Source of the DNA: an uncultured Clostridia bacterium
Lineage (GTDB): Bacteria > Bacillota > Clostridia > TANB77 > CAG-508
Length of the DNA stretch: 32,000 nt
NCBI GenBank assembly: GCA_947626875.1
Contig: CANQTV010000005.1
Coordinates: forward strand, 36,715-68,714
Direction of reading: 5' to 3'
In this document: positions 23,326 to 31,503 of the stretch, piece by piece
How positions within the stretch are numbered: the stretch's first letter is position 1
Layout of the letters: each line of letters starts with the position of its first letter
The notes under the pieces: model-generated
The model's database searches: none
What the model was told of the DNA's origin: nothing
Seen by the model: the letters and a program-made list of their open reading frames with translations, nothing else
Program-made: the position numbers and the translations under genes

Positions 23326-23511
23326 ATGGAAATTAATAAAGATACAAAAATAGGAGAACTATTAGAACAAGCACCAGAAAAAGCAGAAATATTAGTAGAA
23401 GCAGGGATGCATTGCTTAGGATGCCCAGCATCTCAAATGGAAACATTAGAAGAAGCATGTAGTGTACATGGAATTGATGTAGAAGAAATTGTAGAAAAAT
23501 TAAATAAATAA
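23326..23511 (+). CDS. DUF1858 / hybrid-cluster-protein-associated redox disulfide domain protein
   Basis: 61 aa with TKIGELLEQAPEKAEILVEAGMHCLGCPASQMETLEEAC, which is characteristic of this small-protein family. The RBS is AAAGGAG. Confidence 0.8.
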   Translation: MEINKDTKIGELLEQAPEKAEILVEAGMHCLGCPASQMETLEEACSVHGIDVEEIVEKLNK

Positions 23512-23532
23512 TAAAAATTTCTACAAAAACTA

Positions 23533-23561
23533 TTGACAAGCAAGAAAAAATGTTGTAGAAT
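23533..23561 (+). promoter_or_regulatory. Consensus promoter for the tRNA cluster
   Basis: TTGACA (23533-23538), a 17-nt spacer, then TAGAAT (23556-23561), ~26 nt before tRNA-Lys. Confidence 0.7.
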
Positions 23562-23587
23562 ATAAAAGCATTTTGAGTATTGCATAT

Positions 23588-23663
23588 GGGCTATTAGCTC
23601 AGGTGGTAGAGCACTTGACTTTTAATCAAGTTGTCCCGCGTTCGAGTCGCGGATAGCTCACCA
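23588..23663 (+). tRNA. tRNA-Lys (anticodon UUU)
   Basis: Folds by hand into a cloverleaf. Acceptor stem GGGCTAT/ATAGCTC, anticodon stem CTTGA/TCAAG with loop CTTTTAA, T-arm CCGCG-TTCGAGT-CGCGG, and an encoded CCA. Confidence 0.9.
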
Positions 23664-23702
23664 AAAACTAAATAATTGAAAAATTATTTAGTTTTCTTAT
23701 AA

Positions 23703-23777
23703 GGCCCCGTGGTCAAGCGGTTAAGACATCGCCCTTTCACGGCGGAGACATGGGTTCGATTCCCGTCGGGGTCACCA
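23703..23777 (+). tRNA. tRNA-Glu (anticodon UUC)
   Basis: Acceptor stem GGCCCCG/CGGGGTC, anticodon loop CTTTCAC, T-loop GGTTCGATTCC, and an encoded CCA. Confidence 0.9.
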
Positions 23778-23781
23778 AAAT

Positions 23782-23858
23782 GCCACTTTAGCTCAGCTGG
23801 CCAGAGCATCGCACTTGTAATGCGAGGGTCCCCAGTTCGAATCTGGGAAGTGGCTCCA
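23782..23858 (+). tRNA. tRNA-Thr (anticodon UGU)
   Basis: Acceptor stem GCCACTT/AAGTGGC, anticodon stem TCGCA/TGCGA with loop CTTGTAA, T-loop AGTTCGAATCT, and an encoded CCA. Confidence 0.9.
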
Positions 23859-23917
23859 ATAAGGTCAGTAGTCTTGAAATAGTCTTGATTGCTGGCTTTT
23901 TTGCTTTAAATAAGTGG

Positions 23918-23946
23918 AAGTATGTGGTATACACATACTTTTTTAT
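23918..23946 (+). terminator. Intrinsic terminator after the tRNA cluster
   Basis: AAGTATGTG (23918-23926), loop GTATA, CACATACTT (23932-23940), running into TTTTTT. Confidence 0.7.
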
Positions 23947-23962
23947 AATAAGGAGAAAAAAT

Positions 23963-24697
23963 ATGGAAAAACAAGTTATTATAATAACAGGAGCAGCAAG
24001 AGGAATAGGAAGAGAAATTGCAAAAACATTAGCAAAAGAAGGACATATAATTATATGCAATTATAACAAATCAAAAGAACAAGCAATACAACTAAAAAAA
24101 GAATTAGAAAAAGAAGGAATAAAAATAGAAATATTCCAAGCAGACATTATGAAACAAGAAAAATGCAAAGAATTGGTAGAATACACATTAGAAAAATACA
24201 AAAAAATAGATGGATTAATTAATAATGCTGGAATAAGCAAAACACAGTTAATAACAGAAGTAACAAAACAAGATTGGGAAGAAATAATAAATACCAATTT
24301 ATATGGTGCATTTTGCATGTGTCAACAAGTATCAAAAAATATGATATATAACCAAAAAGGATGGATTATAAATATATCATCAATATGGGGACAAGTAGGA
24401 GCTTCCATGGAAGTAGTATATTCAATATCAAAAGCAGGTATGGATGGAATGACAAAAGCACTAGCAAAAGAACTAGGACCATCAAAAATTCGTGTGAATT
24501 CAATAGCACCAGGATTTATCAATACAGAAATGAACAATCAATATACAAAAGAAGAAATAGAAATAATAAAAAAAGAAATTCCATTAGAAGAAATAGGGCA
24601 AACAGAAGATATAGCAAAATGCGTAAAATGGTTAATAGAAGACAAATATACTACAGGTCAAATTATTTCAATAAATGGAGGATGGGTTATAACATAA
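23963..24697 (+). CDS. SDR-family oxidoreductase, FabG-like 3-oxoacyl-ACP reductase
   Basis: TGAARGIGREIA cofactor motif, NNAG, and the catalytic S...YSISK. The start is set at MEKQVIIITG (ATG 23963, RBS AGGAG). The upstream part of the track ORF overlaps the terminator. Confidence 0.88.
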   Translation: MEKQVIIITGAARGIGREIAKTLAKEGHIIICNYNKSKEQAIQLKKELEKEGIKIEIFQADIMKQEKCKELVEYTLEKYKKIDGLINNAGISKTQLITEVTKQDWEEIINTNLYGAFCMCQQVSKNMIYNQKGWIINISSIWGQVGASMEVVYSISKAGMDGMTKALAKELGPSKIRVNSIAPGFINTEMNNQYTKEEIEIIKKEIPLEEIGQTEDIAKCVKWLIEDKYTTGQIISINGGWVIT

Positions 24698-24705
24698 AAC
24701 ACAAA

Positions 24706-24731
24706 AAGAGCAATTTTAATTGCTCTTTTAA
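24706..24731. terminator. Bidirectional terminator between convergent genes
   Basis: AAGAGCAATT (24706-24715), loop TT, AATTGCTCTT (24718-24727), flanked by A- and T-rich runs. Confidence 0.6.
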
Positions 24732-24746
24732 TTTTACAATATACAA

Positions 24747-25226
24747 TTAATCTGTTTGATTATTCTCTGTAGTCTTTTTCTTATAGTTACCAGAAATCAA
24801 TTTTGGTAGATAAGTAATAATTTTATATACTGCCAAGCGTAACTTTTTACTCCACAAATAAGATTTTCTCAACTTTCTAGCTGTACCAATAGAAGAAGTT
24901 TCCTCTTCCAAAACAAGTAAATCAGTTTGAGGTTTTTCTAATTCAAATACATAATTTTGACCATCGTTGTTGTCCCAATCACCAGAACCATTTTTGAAGC
25001 AGAAATTAAAAGTATCACCACAACCTAAAGTCAATTCAGCCTGAAAACCTAATTCAGTTTTTTCCATTTGTATTTCATTAAGGGCATCCCAATTCAACCC
25101 AAAGCCATAATGAATAAAAACATCTTCACAACCATCTTGAAAAAACTTACCAGTATAAGATATCTTAACAGTAGTATTTTCAATCAATTTATCCGTATTA
25201 AAAAATATATTCTTCATTAATTCCAT
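24747..25226 (-). CDS. Carbohydrate-binding-module-like protein (CBM25/53-like fold suspected) with a basic C-terminal tail
   Basis: FIHYGFGLNWDALNEIQMEKTELGFQAEL...FCFKNGSGDWDNNDGQNYVFE resembles the W...WDNN.G.NY signature of starch/glycogen-binding modules, from memory only. The RBS is AAGGAG. Confidence 0.5.
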   Translation of the reverse strand: MELMKNIFFNTDKLIENTTVKISYTGKFFQDGCEDVFIHYGFGLNWDALNEIQMEKTELGFQAELTLGCGDTFNFCFKNGSGDWDNNDGQNYVFELEKPQTDLLVLEEETSSIGTARKLRKSYLWSKKLRLAVYKIITYLPKLISGNYKKKTTENNQTD

Positions 25227-25476
25227 TTTCGAAAACTCCTTATTTATCTTTTGCTACCAACATTATAATATTAAATTCTACAATGTTCAAGTATTTTTAT
25301 AAAATTTTTTGAAAAATTTGTCAAAGATTTTTAAATAAGAATAAAGTGAAACCGCAAACATATGATTAAATATAGGGTTTGAAGAAACAGAAACAAAACT
25401 GAAAAAAATTTAAAAATATTGTAAAAACTAATTTTTTGTGGTAAGATAAAAAAAAGGAATGAGGGGATATATTATT

Positions 25477-27312
25477 ATGGAGAAAGAAACAATAAAAGAA
25501 AATCAAAAAGAAACAGACGAAAAATTCAAACAAGTAAAAGCCAAAAGAAAAGAATTGGACGAAAATTTGGAAAAAATGGTGGAAAAGACCAAAAAGAGGA
25601 AAAAAGTAGGATTGATAACAGCAATTACACTATCAATAGTCATCATATTAGCATTAGTAATTTCAACAATATTTGCGTTATTAAATATGGGAAAAACAGA
25701 AATTATAGGTGGTGTAAAAATAGAAGGAATAGATGTATCAGGCTTAAGTAAAGAAGAAGCAAAAGGAAAATTAGAAACAATATATAAAGAAAAACTAGAA
25801 AAAGAAATACCAATTAAATATCAAGAATATGAAACAAGCATAAATGCAAACATATTAGAAACAAAATATGAAATAGAAAAAGCAGTAGATGAAGCCATAA
25901 ATATAGGAAGAGACAGCAATATATTTGTAAATAACTACAAAATCATATGGGCATTACTAGGAAAAACAAATATTGATGTTGAAATGAGCTTAAACGAAGA
26001 AGCAGCTAAAAAAACCATTGAAGATATTGGAACAAATTTACCAGGAGTTGTCATTGACTCAGCATATTTCATAGAAGAAGGAAAATTAACAATAACAAAA
26101 GGTCAAGCAGGAATAAGAATCAATACAAATATGTTATTAGACAAACTTAAAGAAAATTTAGATCAAATAGAAACAACAAATGAATATATCAATATACCAG
26201 TAACAGAACAACAACCAACAAGTATAGATATAGACAAAATTCATAGTGAAGTATATAAAGAAGTAAAAGACGCATATTATACAAAAGACCCATTTACAAT
26301 ACATCCAGAAGTAGAAGGGATAGACTTTGATGTAGAAGCAGCTAAAAAAATGTTAGAGGAAGATAAAGACCAATATGTAATAGATTTAATTATTACAAAA
26401 CCAAAAATAACAACAGATCAAATTGGAACAGAAGCATTTCCAGATTTACTAGCAACATTCAAAACCAATTATGATGGTGGAGACAGAGATAGAACAACAA
26501 ATTTAGTTTTAGCATGTCAAAAAATAAATGGCAAAGTTATATTAGCAGGAGAAACATTTTCATATAATCAAACATTAGGACCACGTTCAGCAGCCACAGG
26601 ATATAAAAATGCAAAAGTATATTCAGCAGGGCAAGTAGTAGATGGAATAGGCGGAGGAATTTGCCAAATATCTTCAACATTATATAATGCAGCATTAAGA
26701 GCAAATTTAGAAATAGTAGAAAGAAAAAATCATCAATTTGTTACATCATATGTAGAAGCAGGAATGGATGCAACAGTAGTATATGGAATGACAGATTTCA
26801 AATTTAAAAATACAAGAAAATATCCAATCAAAATAATAGCATCAGCAAAAAATGGAGTAGCAACAGTATCATTATATGGAATTAAAGAAGCAGAAGAATA
26901 TACATTCTCATTTAGAACAGTAACAGTATCAACATTACCAACATCAACAAAATATGTAGAAGATCCAACACTTGCAGCAGGAGTAGAAGTGGTTCAACAA
27001 AAAGGAGCAAATGGAAGAAAAACAGAAACATATATGACAAAAATGCTAAATGGAAAAGTAATATCAACAACAGTATTATCAAGAGATACCTATGATGCAA
27101 TGCAAAAAATTATTAGAAGAGGAACAAAAGGAGCAGCCACAAGTACACCAGCTAAAGGCACACCAGCACCAAGCACACAAACACAAACACCAGCACCAAC
27201 AACGCCGGCTCCAACAAATACAACAACTACACAAACAACACCATCAACGCCAGCTCCAACAAATACAACTACAACACCATCAGCAACAGAACCAAAAAAC
27301 ACAACAAATTAA
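25477..27312 (+). CDS. VanW-family protein with an N-terminal TM anchor, a G5 domain and a Thr/Pro-rich C-terminal tail
   Basis: The VanW core is FSYNQTLGPRSAATGYKNA...GGGICQISSTLYNAALRANLEIVERKNH. The G5-like segment is GVEVVQQKGANGRKTETY. The tail carries TPAPTNTTTT repeats. The start is probably MEKETIKEN at 25477; the track gives 25459. Confidence 0.85.
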   Translation: MEKETIKENQKETDEKFKQVKAKRKELDENLEKMVEKTKKRKKVGLITAITLSIVIILALVISTIFALLNMGKTEIIGGVKIEGIDVSGLSKEEAKGKLETIYKEKLEKEIPIKYQEYETSINANILETKYEIEKAVDEAINIGRDSNIFVNNYKIIWALLGKTNIDVEMSLNEEAAKKTIEDIGTNLPGVVIDSAYFIEEGKLTITKGQAGIRINTNMLLDKLKENLDQIETTNEYINIPVTEQQPTSIDIDKIHSEVYKEVKDAYYTKDPFTIHPEVEGIDFDVEAAKKMLEEDKDQYVIDLIITKPKITTDQIGTEAFPDLLATFKTNYDGGDRDRTTNLVLACQKINGKVILAGETFSYNQTLGPRSAATGYKNAKVYSAGQVVDGIGGGICQISSTLYNAALRANLEIVERKNHQFVTSYVEAGMDATVVYGMTDFKFKNTRKYPIKIIASAKNGVATVSLYGIKEAEEYTFSFRTVTVSTLPTSTKYVEDPTLAAGVEVVQQKGANGRKTETYMTKMLNGKVISTTVLSRDTYDAMQKIIRRGTKGAATSTPAKGTPAPSTQTQTPAPTTPAPTNTTTTQTTPSTPAPTNTTTTPSATEPKNTTN

Positions 27313-27317
27313 AAAAT

Positions 27318-27352
27318 AGGACTTAAATCTAAACAGATTTAAGTCCTTCAAT
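27318..27352 (+). terminator. Intrinsic terminator after the VanW gene
   Basis: AGGACTTAAATCT (27318-27330), loop AAAC, AGATTTAAGTCCT (27335-27347). This is a perfect 13-bp stem. Confidence 0.7.
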
Positions 27353-27365
27353 TTAGCAAATAGTC

Positions 27366-27395
27366 TTGACAAATCAAATAAAAAAGTATTATAAT
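27366..27395 (+). promoter_or_regulatory. Consensus promoter for tRNA-Lys(CUU)
   Basis: TTGACA (27366-27371), an 18-nt spacer, then TATAAT (27390-27395). Confidence 0.65.
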
Positions 27396-27412
27396 AAAAA
27401 TGCACAAAATTT

Positions 27413-27488
27413 GGGCCATTAGCTCAGTTGGTAGAGCAGCAGACTCTTAATCTGACGGTCGGAGGTTCGAACCCTCTATGGCTCACCA
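27413..27488 (+). tRNA. tRNA-Lys (anticodon CUU)
   Basis: Acceptor stem GGGCCAT/ATGGCTC, anticodon loop CTCTTAA, T-loop GGTTCGAACCC, and an encoded CCA. Confidence 0.9.
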
Positions 27489-27495
27489 TAAACCT

Positions 27496-27529
27496 AGAGG
27501 TAAGCAACTTTCGAAAGTTACTTACCTCT
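27496..27529 (+). terminator. Hairpin terminator after tRNA-Lys
   Basis: A 16-bp stem AGAGGTAAGCAACTTT / AAAGTTACTTACCTCT with one mismatch and loop CG, followed by TTTACGTTT. Confidence 0.6.
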
Positions 27530-27675
27530 TTACGTTTAACAATAAAGATGATATAATAATAGAGGAATATTTACAGAAAGGAAAATCCATCTTCTTTAGA
27601 GGATACTAGTTTATGTGGAAAATGGGAAATAATAGAAGACAACAAAAATAATTTAAAATAATGGAGTAAGTAAAA

Positions 27676-28212
27676 ATGGATAAGAAGAAAATTGTGGCAA
27701 TAATAATTATTATATTAATAGTATTTGCAATAGGAGGATACATTATTGTAAAAAATTCAAGCAAACCACAAGATGAAAAAATACAAGATCCAACAGAAGC
27801 AAATCAAGAAATAAATAAAGATGTAAATTTAGATGGAAAGGTGCAAGATAACGAAGTGGAAGAAATAAAAATAAAAGTAGATAGTGAAATATTAAACATG
27901 AAATTAGAACAAAATGAAGCAACAAAAGCCTTAGTAGAAAAATTAAAACAAGGCGATATAACAGTAAACACGAGTGAATATGGAAGTTTTGAACAAGTTG
28001 GAAATTTAGGCTTTAGTTTACCTAAAAATGACACACAAATAAAAACAAAAGCAGGAGATGTAATGTTATATCAAGGAAATCAAATTTCTATATTCTATGG
28101 TTCAAATTCATGGAGTTATACAAAACTAGGAGAGATAACAAACAAAACAGAAAGTGAACTAAAAAATATTTTAGAAAGTAGCAATGCAACTTTAGTATTA
28201 AGCATAAATTGA
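27676..28212 (+). CDS. Membrane-anchored cyclophilin-like-fold protein (uncharacterised family)
   Basis: An N-terminal TM (IVAIIIIILIVFAIGGYIIV) is followed by a C-terminal region ending GDVMLYQGNQISIFYGSNSWSYTKLG. That ending is typical of cyclophilin-like domain proteins, from memory only. Confidence 0.55.
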   Translation: MDKKKIVAIIIIILIVFAIGGYIIVKNSSKPQDEKIQDPTEANQEINKDVNLDGKVQDNEVEEIKIKVDSEILNMKLEQNEATKALVEKLKQGDITVNTSEYGSFEQVGNLGFSLPKNDTQIKTKAGDVMLYQGNQISIFYGSNSWSYTKLGEITNKTESELKNILESSNATLVLSIN

Positions 28213-28231
28213 AAAATAAAAGGATGAAATT

Positions 28232-28384
28232 ATGAAAAAGATTAATATGTCGGACATAGAAGATATTTTATATGATGGAACAAAAGAAGAAATAGAAAGA
28301 ATATTAAATGAATACAAGATTTCATTTTCTTATAATTCTAATAACTTTTATTTTGAAAGTAAAAAACTATTTGAAAATTGTTGA
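28232..28384 (+). CDS. Possible 50-aa small protein
   Basis: Hand translation gives MKKINMSDIEDILYDGTKEEIERILNEYKISFSYNSNNFYFESKKLFENC. AAAGGA lies 8 nt upstream. It is below the ORF-track cutoff. Confidence 0.3.
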   Translation: MKKINMSDIEDILYDGTKEEIERILNEYKISFSYNSNNFYFESKKLFENC

Positions 28385-28511
28385 CATCCAAATATAATTA
28401 GTATATTATTTCATTAATATAACTTAACATATAAGAGATTTTAGATACAAAACTGGATCTCCAAGTTCTAAGTATTTAAAATCTTTTTTAACAAATTATG
28501 GAGATGATTAT

Positions 28512-28988
28512 ATGAAAATAAAAATACATAATGAAGACGAATTATATAATTCATTTGACAAATTTGAAGAAACATTAAGTGACGATTTAATATCTTATAT
28601 AAATAATAAAGAAGACATTTCCTCAATAAAAGAAGAAGAAAAAATAGAAATAATTTCAACAAAGAAAATAGATGAAAATAAATTCAAAAAATCTTTTGAA
28701 AAATATTGTAATGAACAATTAATACTAATAAAGAGGCAACAAAAAATAAATAGAACAAAACAAATAGGAATGTTAATAGTAGGAATAATATTTATAATAT
28801 TTTCAATAGTATTAGCTGAAAAAATCAATATTATAATTTTAGAAATTATTTCAACTATTGGCTCTTTTTCAATATGGGAATCCGCAAATAGTTGGTTATT
28901 ACAAAGTAAAGCAATAAAATTTAATAAATTAAAAGCAATCAAATTAAAAAATAGTGAAATCAGTTTTATAAACGAAGAATCAAATTAA
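28512..28988 (+). CDS. Hypothetical protein with an acidic N-terminal half and two C-terminal TM helices
   Basis: 158-aa ORF with RBS GGAG upstream. The hydrophobic segments are IGMLIVGIIFIIFSIVL and IIILEIISTIGSFSIW. Confidence 0.55.
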   Translation: MKIKIHNEDELYNSFDKFEETLSDDLISYINNKEDISSIKEEEKIEIISTKKIDENKFKKSFEKYCNEQLILIKRQQKINRTKQIGMLIVGIIFIIFSIVLAEKINIIILEIISTIGSFSIWESANSWLLQSKAIKFNKLKAIKLKNSEISFINEESN

Positions 28989-29014
28989 AAATTTAAATAA
29001 AGGAAAAGTTAAAA

Positions 29015-29950
29015 ATGATAATAAATACTGGAATGAGAACAGACATACCAGCTTTTTATTCCAATTGGTTATTAAATAGAATAAAAGAAGGATATGTATA
29101 TGTTAGAAATCCATATTATAAACATCAAGTAACTAAATATAATTTAAATCCAAATATAGTTGATTGCTTAGCATTTTGTACCAAAAATCCACACCCATTA
29201 ATTTCTCATCTATCAGAACTAGATAGATATAAGCAATTTTGGTTTGTAACAATCACACCATATGGAAAAGAAATCGAACCCAATGTCCCAGACAAAAAAC
29301 AAGTAATTAATGATTTCAAAAAACTATCAAAACATTTAGGGAAAAAAGCAGTTGCAGTTCGTTATGACCCAATATTTATAAATGAAAAATTTGATGTATC
29401 AATGCATATAAAATGTTTTGAAAAACTATTAAGTGAATTAAGAAATTATACTGAAGATTGCACTATTAGTTTTTTAGATATGTATGAAAAAGTAAAAAGA
29501 AATGCACCTAATTTAAGACCACCAACAAAAGAAGAACAAATACAAATAGCAAAAGCATTTTCAGAGATAGGGAAGCAAAACAATATTACAATTCATAGCT
29601 GTTGCGAAAAAGAATATTTAAAAGATTATGGTTTAGATATAGCTGGCTGTATGAGTAAAGAAATAGTCGAAAAAGCCATAGGAAATAAATTAAAAGCTCC
29701 AAAAAATAATAGCAAAAGAACAGAATGTAATTGCTTAATGGGAAATGATATAGGTGCTTATAATACTTGTATGCACTTGTGCAAATATTGTTATGCAAAT
29801 GCAAATCAAGAGCTAGTAAAAGAAAATGCAAAAAAACATAATAGTAACTCTCCATTTTTAATTGGAGAATTAGAACCAGAAGATAAAATAACAGAAGCCA
29901 ATCAAAAAAGCTGGTTAAATGTAGACAATCAAATTAGTTTTATATATTAA
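29015..29950 (+). CDS. DUF1848 domain-containing protein
   Basis: The N-terminus is TGMRTDIPAFYSNWLLNRIKEGYVYVRNPY...VDCLAFCTKNP. The C-terminal Cys cluster is CNCLMGNDIGAYNTCMHLCKYCYAN. Both are characteristic of DUF1848. Confidence 0.8.
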   Translation: MIINTGMRTDIPAFYSNWLLNRIKEGYVYVRNPYYKHQVTKYNLNPNIVDCLAFCTKNPHPLISHLSELDRYKQFWFVTITPYGKEIEPNVPDKKQVINDFKKLSKHLGKKAVAVRYDPIFINEKFDVSMHIKCFEKLLSELRNYTEDCTISFLDMYEKVKRNAPNLRPPTKEEQIQIAKAFSEIGKQNNITIHSCCEKEYLKDYGLDIAGCMSKEIVEKAIGNKLKAPKNNSKRTECNCLMGNDIGAYNTCMHLCKYCYANANQELVKENAKKHNSNSPFLIGELEPEDKITEANQKSWLNVDNQISFIY

Positions 29951-29968
29951 AAAAGGAGAAAGAAATAC

Positions 29969-30526
29969 ATGGAACAATTTTATTTAGAAAAAGTAACGAA
30001 AACACGAAAAATCGAAATAATGGAATACATAAAAGAATTCTATGAAAACAACTCTCAAATAAATGGAGTAGGACGACTACAAGATTATGTGACTAAAGAA
30101 AAAGAAGAATTTGACAAATGGCACGAAAAAATAAAAAAAGAAGAAAATGATGAGTTACCCAAAATATGTTACTTATTAATAAGAAAAAAAGACAATAAAC
30201 TAATCGGAATGGCAAACATAAGAATGAAACAAAACCTAAAAGACTACAAATACGGACACATAGGATACTCAATAAGGCCAACAGAACGAAACAAAGGATA
30301 CGGAAAAATTCAATTTTACATTACATTAAAAGAACTACAAAAAAACAATATAAAAGAATGCATAATGACCTGTGAAAAAAGCAACCAAAGATCAAAAAGC
30401 ATAATAAAATCACTAGGCGGAATACTAAAAAGTACAAATAATCAAGAAGAATACTACACAATAAACATAAAAAAATCAATAGAAAAAAATGCACCAAAAT
30501 ACGAAAAATACATATACAAAAACTAA
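29969..30526 (+). CDS. GNAT-family N-acetyltransferase
   Basis: GHIGYSIRPTERNKGYGKIQFYITLKEL fits the acetyl-CoA binding Q/RxxGxG/A-type motif. N.RS..iI..lGG follows. Confidence 0.8.
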   Translation: MEQFYLEKVTKTRKIEIMEYIKEFYENNSQINGVGRLQDYVTKEKEEFDKWHEKIKKEENDELPKICYLLIRKKDNKLIGMANIRMKQNLKDYKYGHIGYSIRPTERNKGYGKIQFYITLKELQKNNIKECIMTCEKSNQRSKSIIKSLGGILKSTNNQEEYYTINIKKSIEKNAPKYEKYIYKN

Positions 30527-30564
30527 GACACATTTGCTAAAATAAAAAAGGATAAGGAATAAAT

Positions 30565-31404
30565 ATGGAAGAAAAAAAGAAATTTAATATAAATGGAATA
30601 GGCATTTATAAAATATTTGGATATTTTATCATCTATAGTATATTAGGATTTTTATTAGAAACAATATTTGCATTAATTGTATATGGGAAATTTGAAAGTA
30701 GACAAGGATTTTTATATGGACCAGTTTGCCCAATATATGGAGTAGGAGCAGTTGCAATTATACTGGCACTACAAAAATTCAAAGAAAATGGTTATAGTTT
30801 ATTTTTAGGCGGACTTATTGTAGGTTCTATTGTAGAATTTTTAATTAGCTTAATAGGAGAATGTATATTTAATGTTAGATGGTGGGATTATTCAGACAGA
30901 TTCCTAAATATAGATGGAAGAATCTGCCTATTATACTCTATTTATTGGGGAATTATATCTATATTCTTTATGAGGCAAATTAATCCCAGAGTAGATAAAG
31001 CAATAGAATGGCTAAAATCGAAAATAAATATAAAAAAGTTAAAGGCATTAACGATAATTGCTATTATCATATTACTAATAGATTTTATTATTAGCGGATT
31101 TGTTGTATATGTATTTGTATCACGAACAGTTGTCGAAAATAATATACAAATAAAAAACAAAGAAGTATATGAAAAAGCTTATGAAACTATTTATAAAAAT
31201 CAACATATAGAAAAACTAATGAAAGATGTATGGAATGAGCAATTTGTAGTAAAAGTATACCCTAATTTAAAAGTAAAATTAGAAGATGGCTCTGATGCAT
31301 TAATCCAAGATTATTATAAAAATGTAGTACCTTATTATTATAAATTTGAAAAAAAAATAAAAACAAGCAAAATAAACAATTTTAAATGTCAAAAAATTGT
31401 GTAA
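30565..31404 (+). CDS. Polytopic membrane protein resembling the putative ABC-transporter type IV (PF06541-like) family
   Basis: FGYFIIYSILGFLLETIFALIVYGKFESRQGFLYGPVCPIYGVGAV is typical of that family, from memory only. There are about 5-6 TM helices. Confidence 0.6.
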   Translation: MEEKKKFNINGIGIYKIFGYFIIYSILGFLLETIFALIVYGKFESRQGFLYGPVCPIYGVGAVAIILALQKFKENGYSLFLGGLIVGSIVEFLISLIGECIFNVRWWDYSDRFLNIDGRICLLYSIYWGIISIFFMRQINPRVDKAIEWLKSKINIKKLKALTIIAIIILLIDFIISGFVVYVFVSRTVVENNIQIKNKEVYEKAYETIYKNQHIEKLMKDVWNEQFVVKVYPNLKVKLEDGSDALIQDYYKNVVPYYYKFEKKIKTSKINNFKCQKIV

Positions 31405-31468
31405 ACTATTATTTAATATACTTTTGCACAAATATGAAACATTAGTAGAAACATAAAAAATAAAAATC

Positions 31469-31498
31469 CCGCTATCTAAATGGATAGCGGATTTTTTT
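31469..31498. terminator. Bidirectional intrinsic terminator
   Basis: CCGCTATC (31469-31476), loop TAAATG, GATAGCGG (31483-31490). An A-run lies before it and TTTTTTT after it, between convergent genes. Confidence 0.75.
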
Positions 31499-31503
31499 AA
31501 TCT

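Noticed and set aside
24361-24750. 129-aa alternative-frame ORF inside the SDR gene (Arg/Asn-rich)
   Set aside because: It is on the same strand but out of frame with a clearly conserved SDR coding sequence, so it is a compositional artefact.
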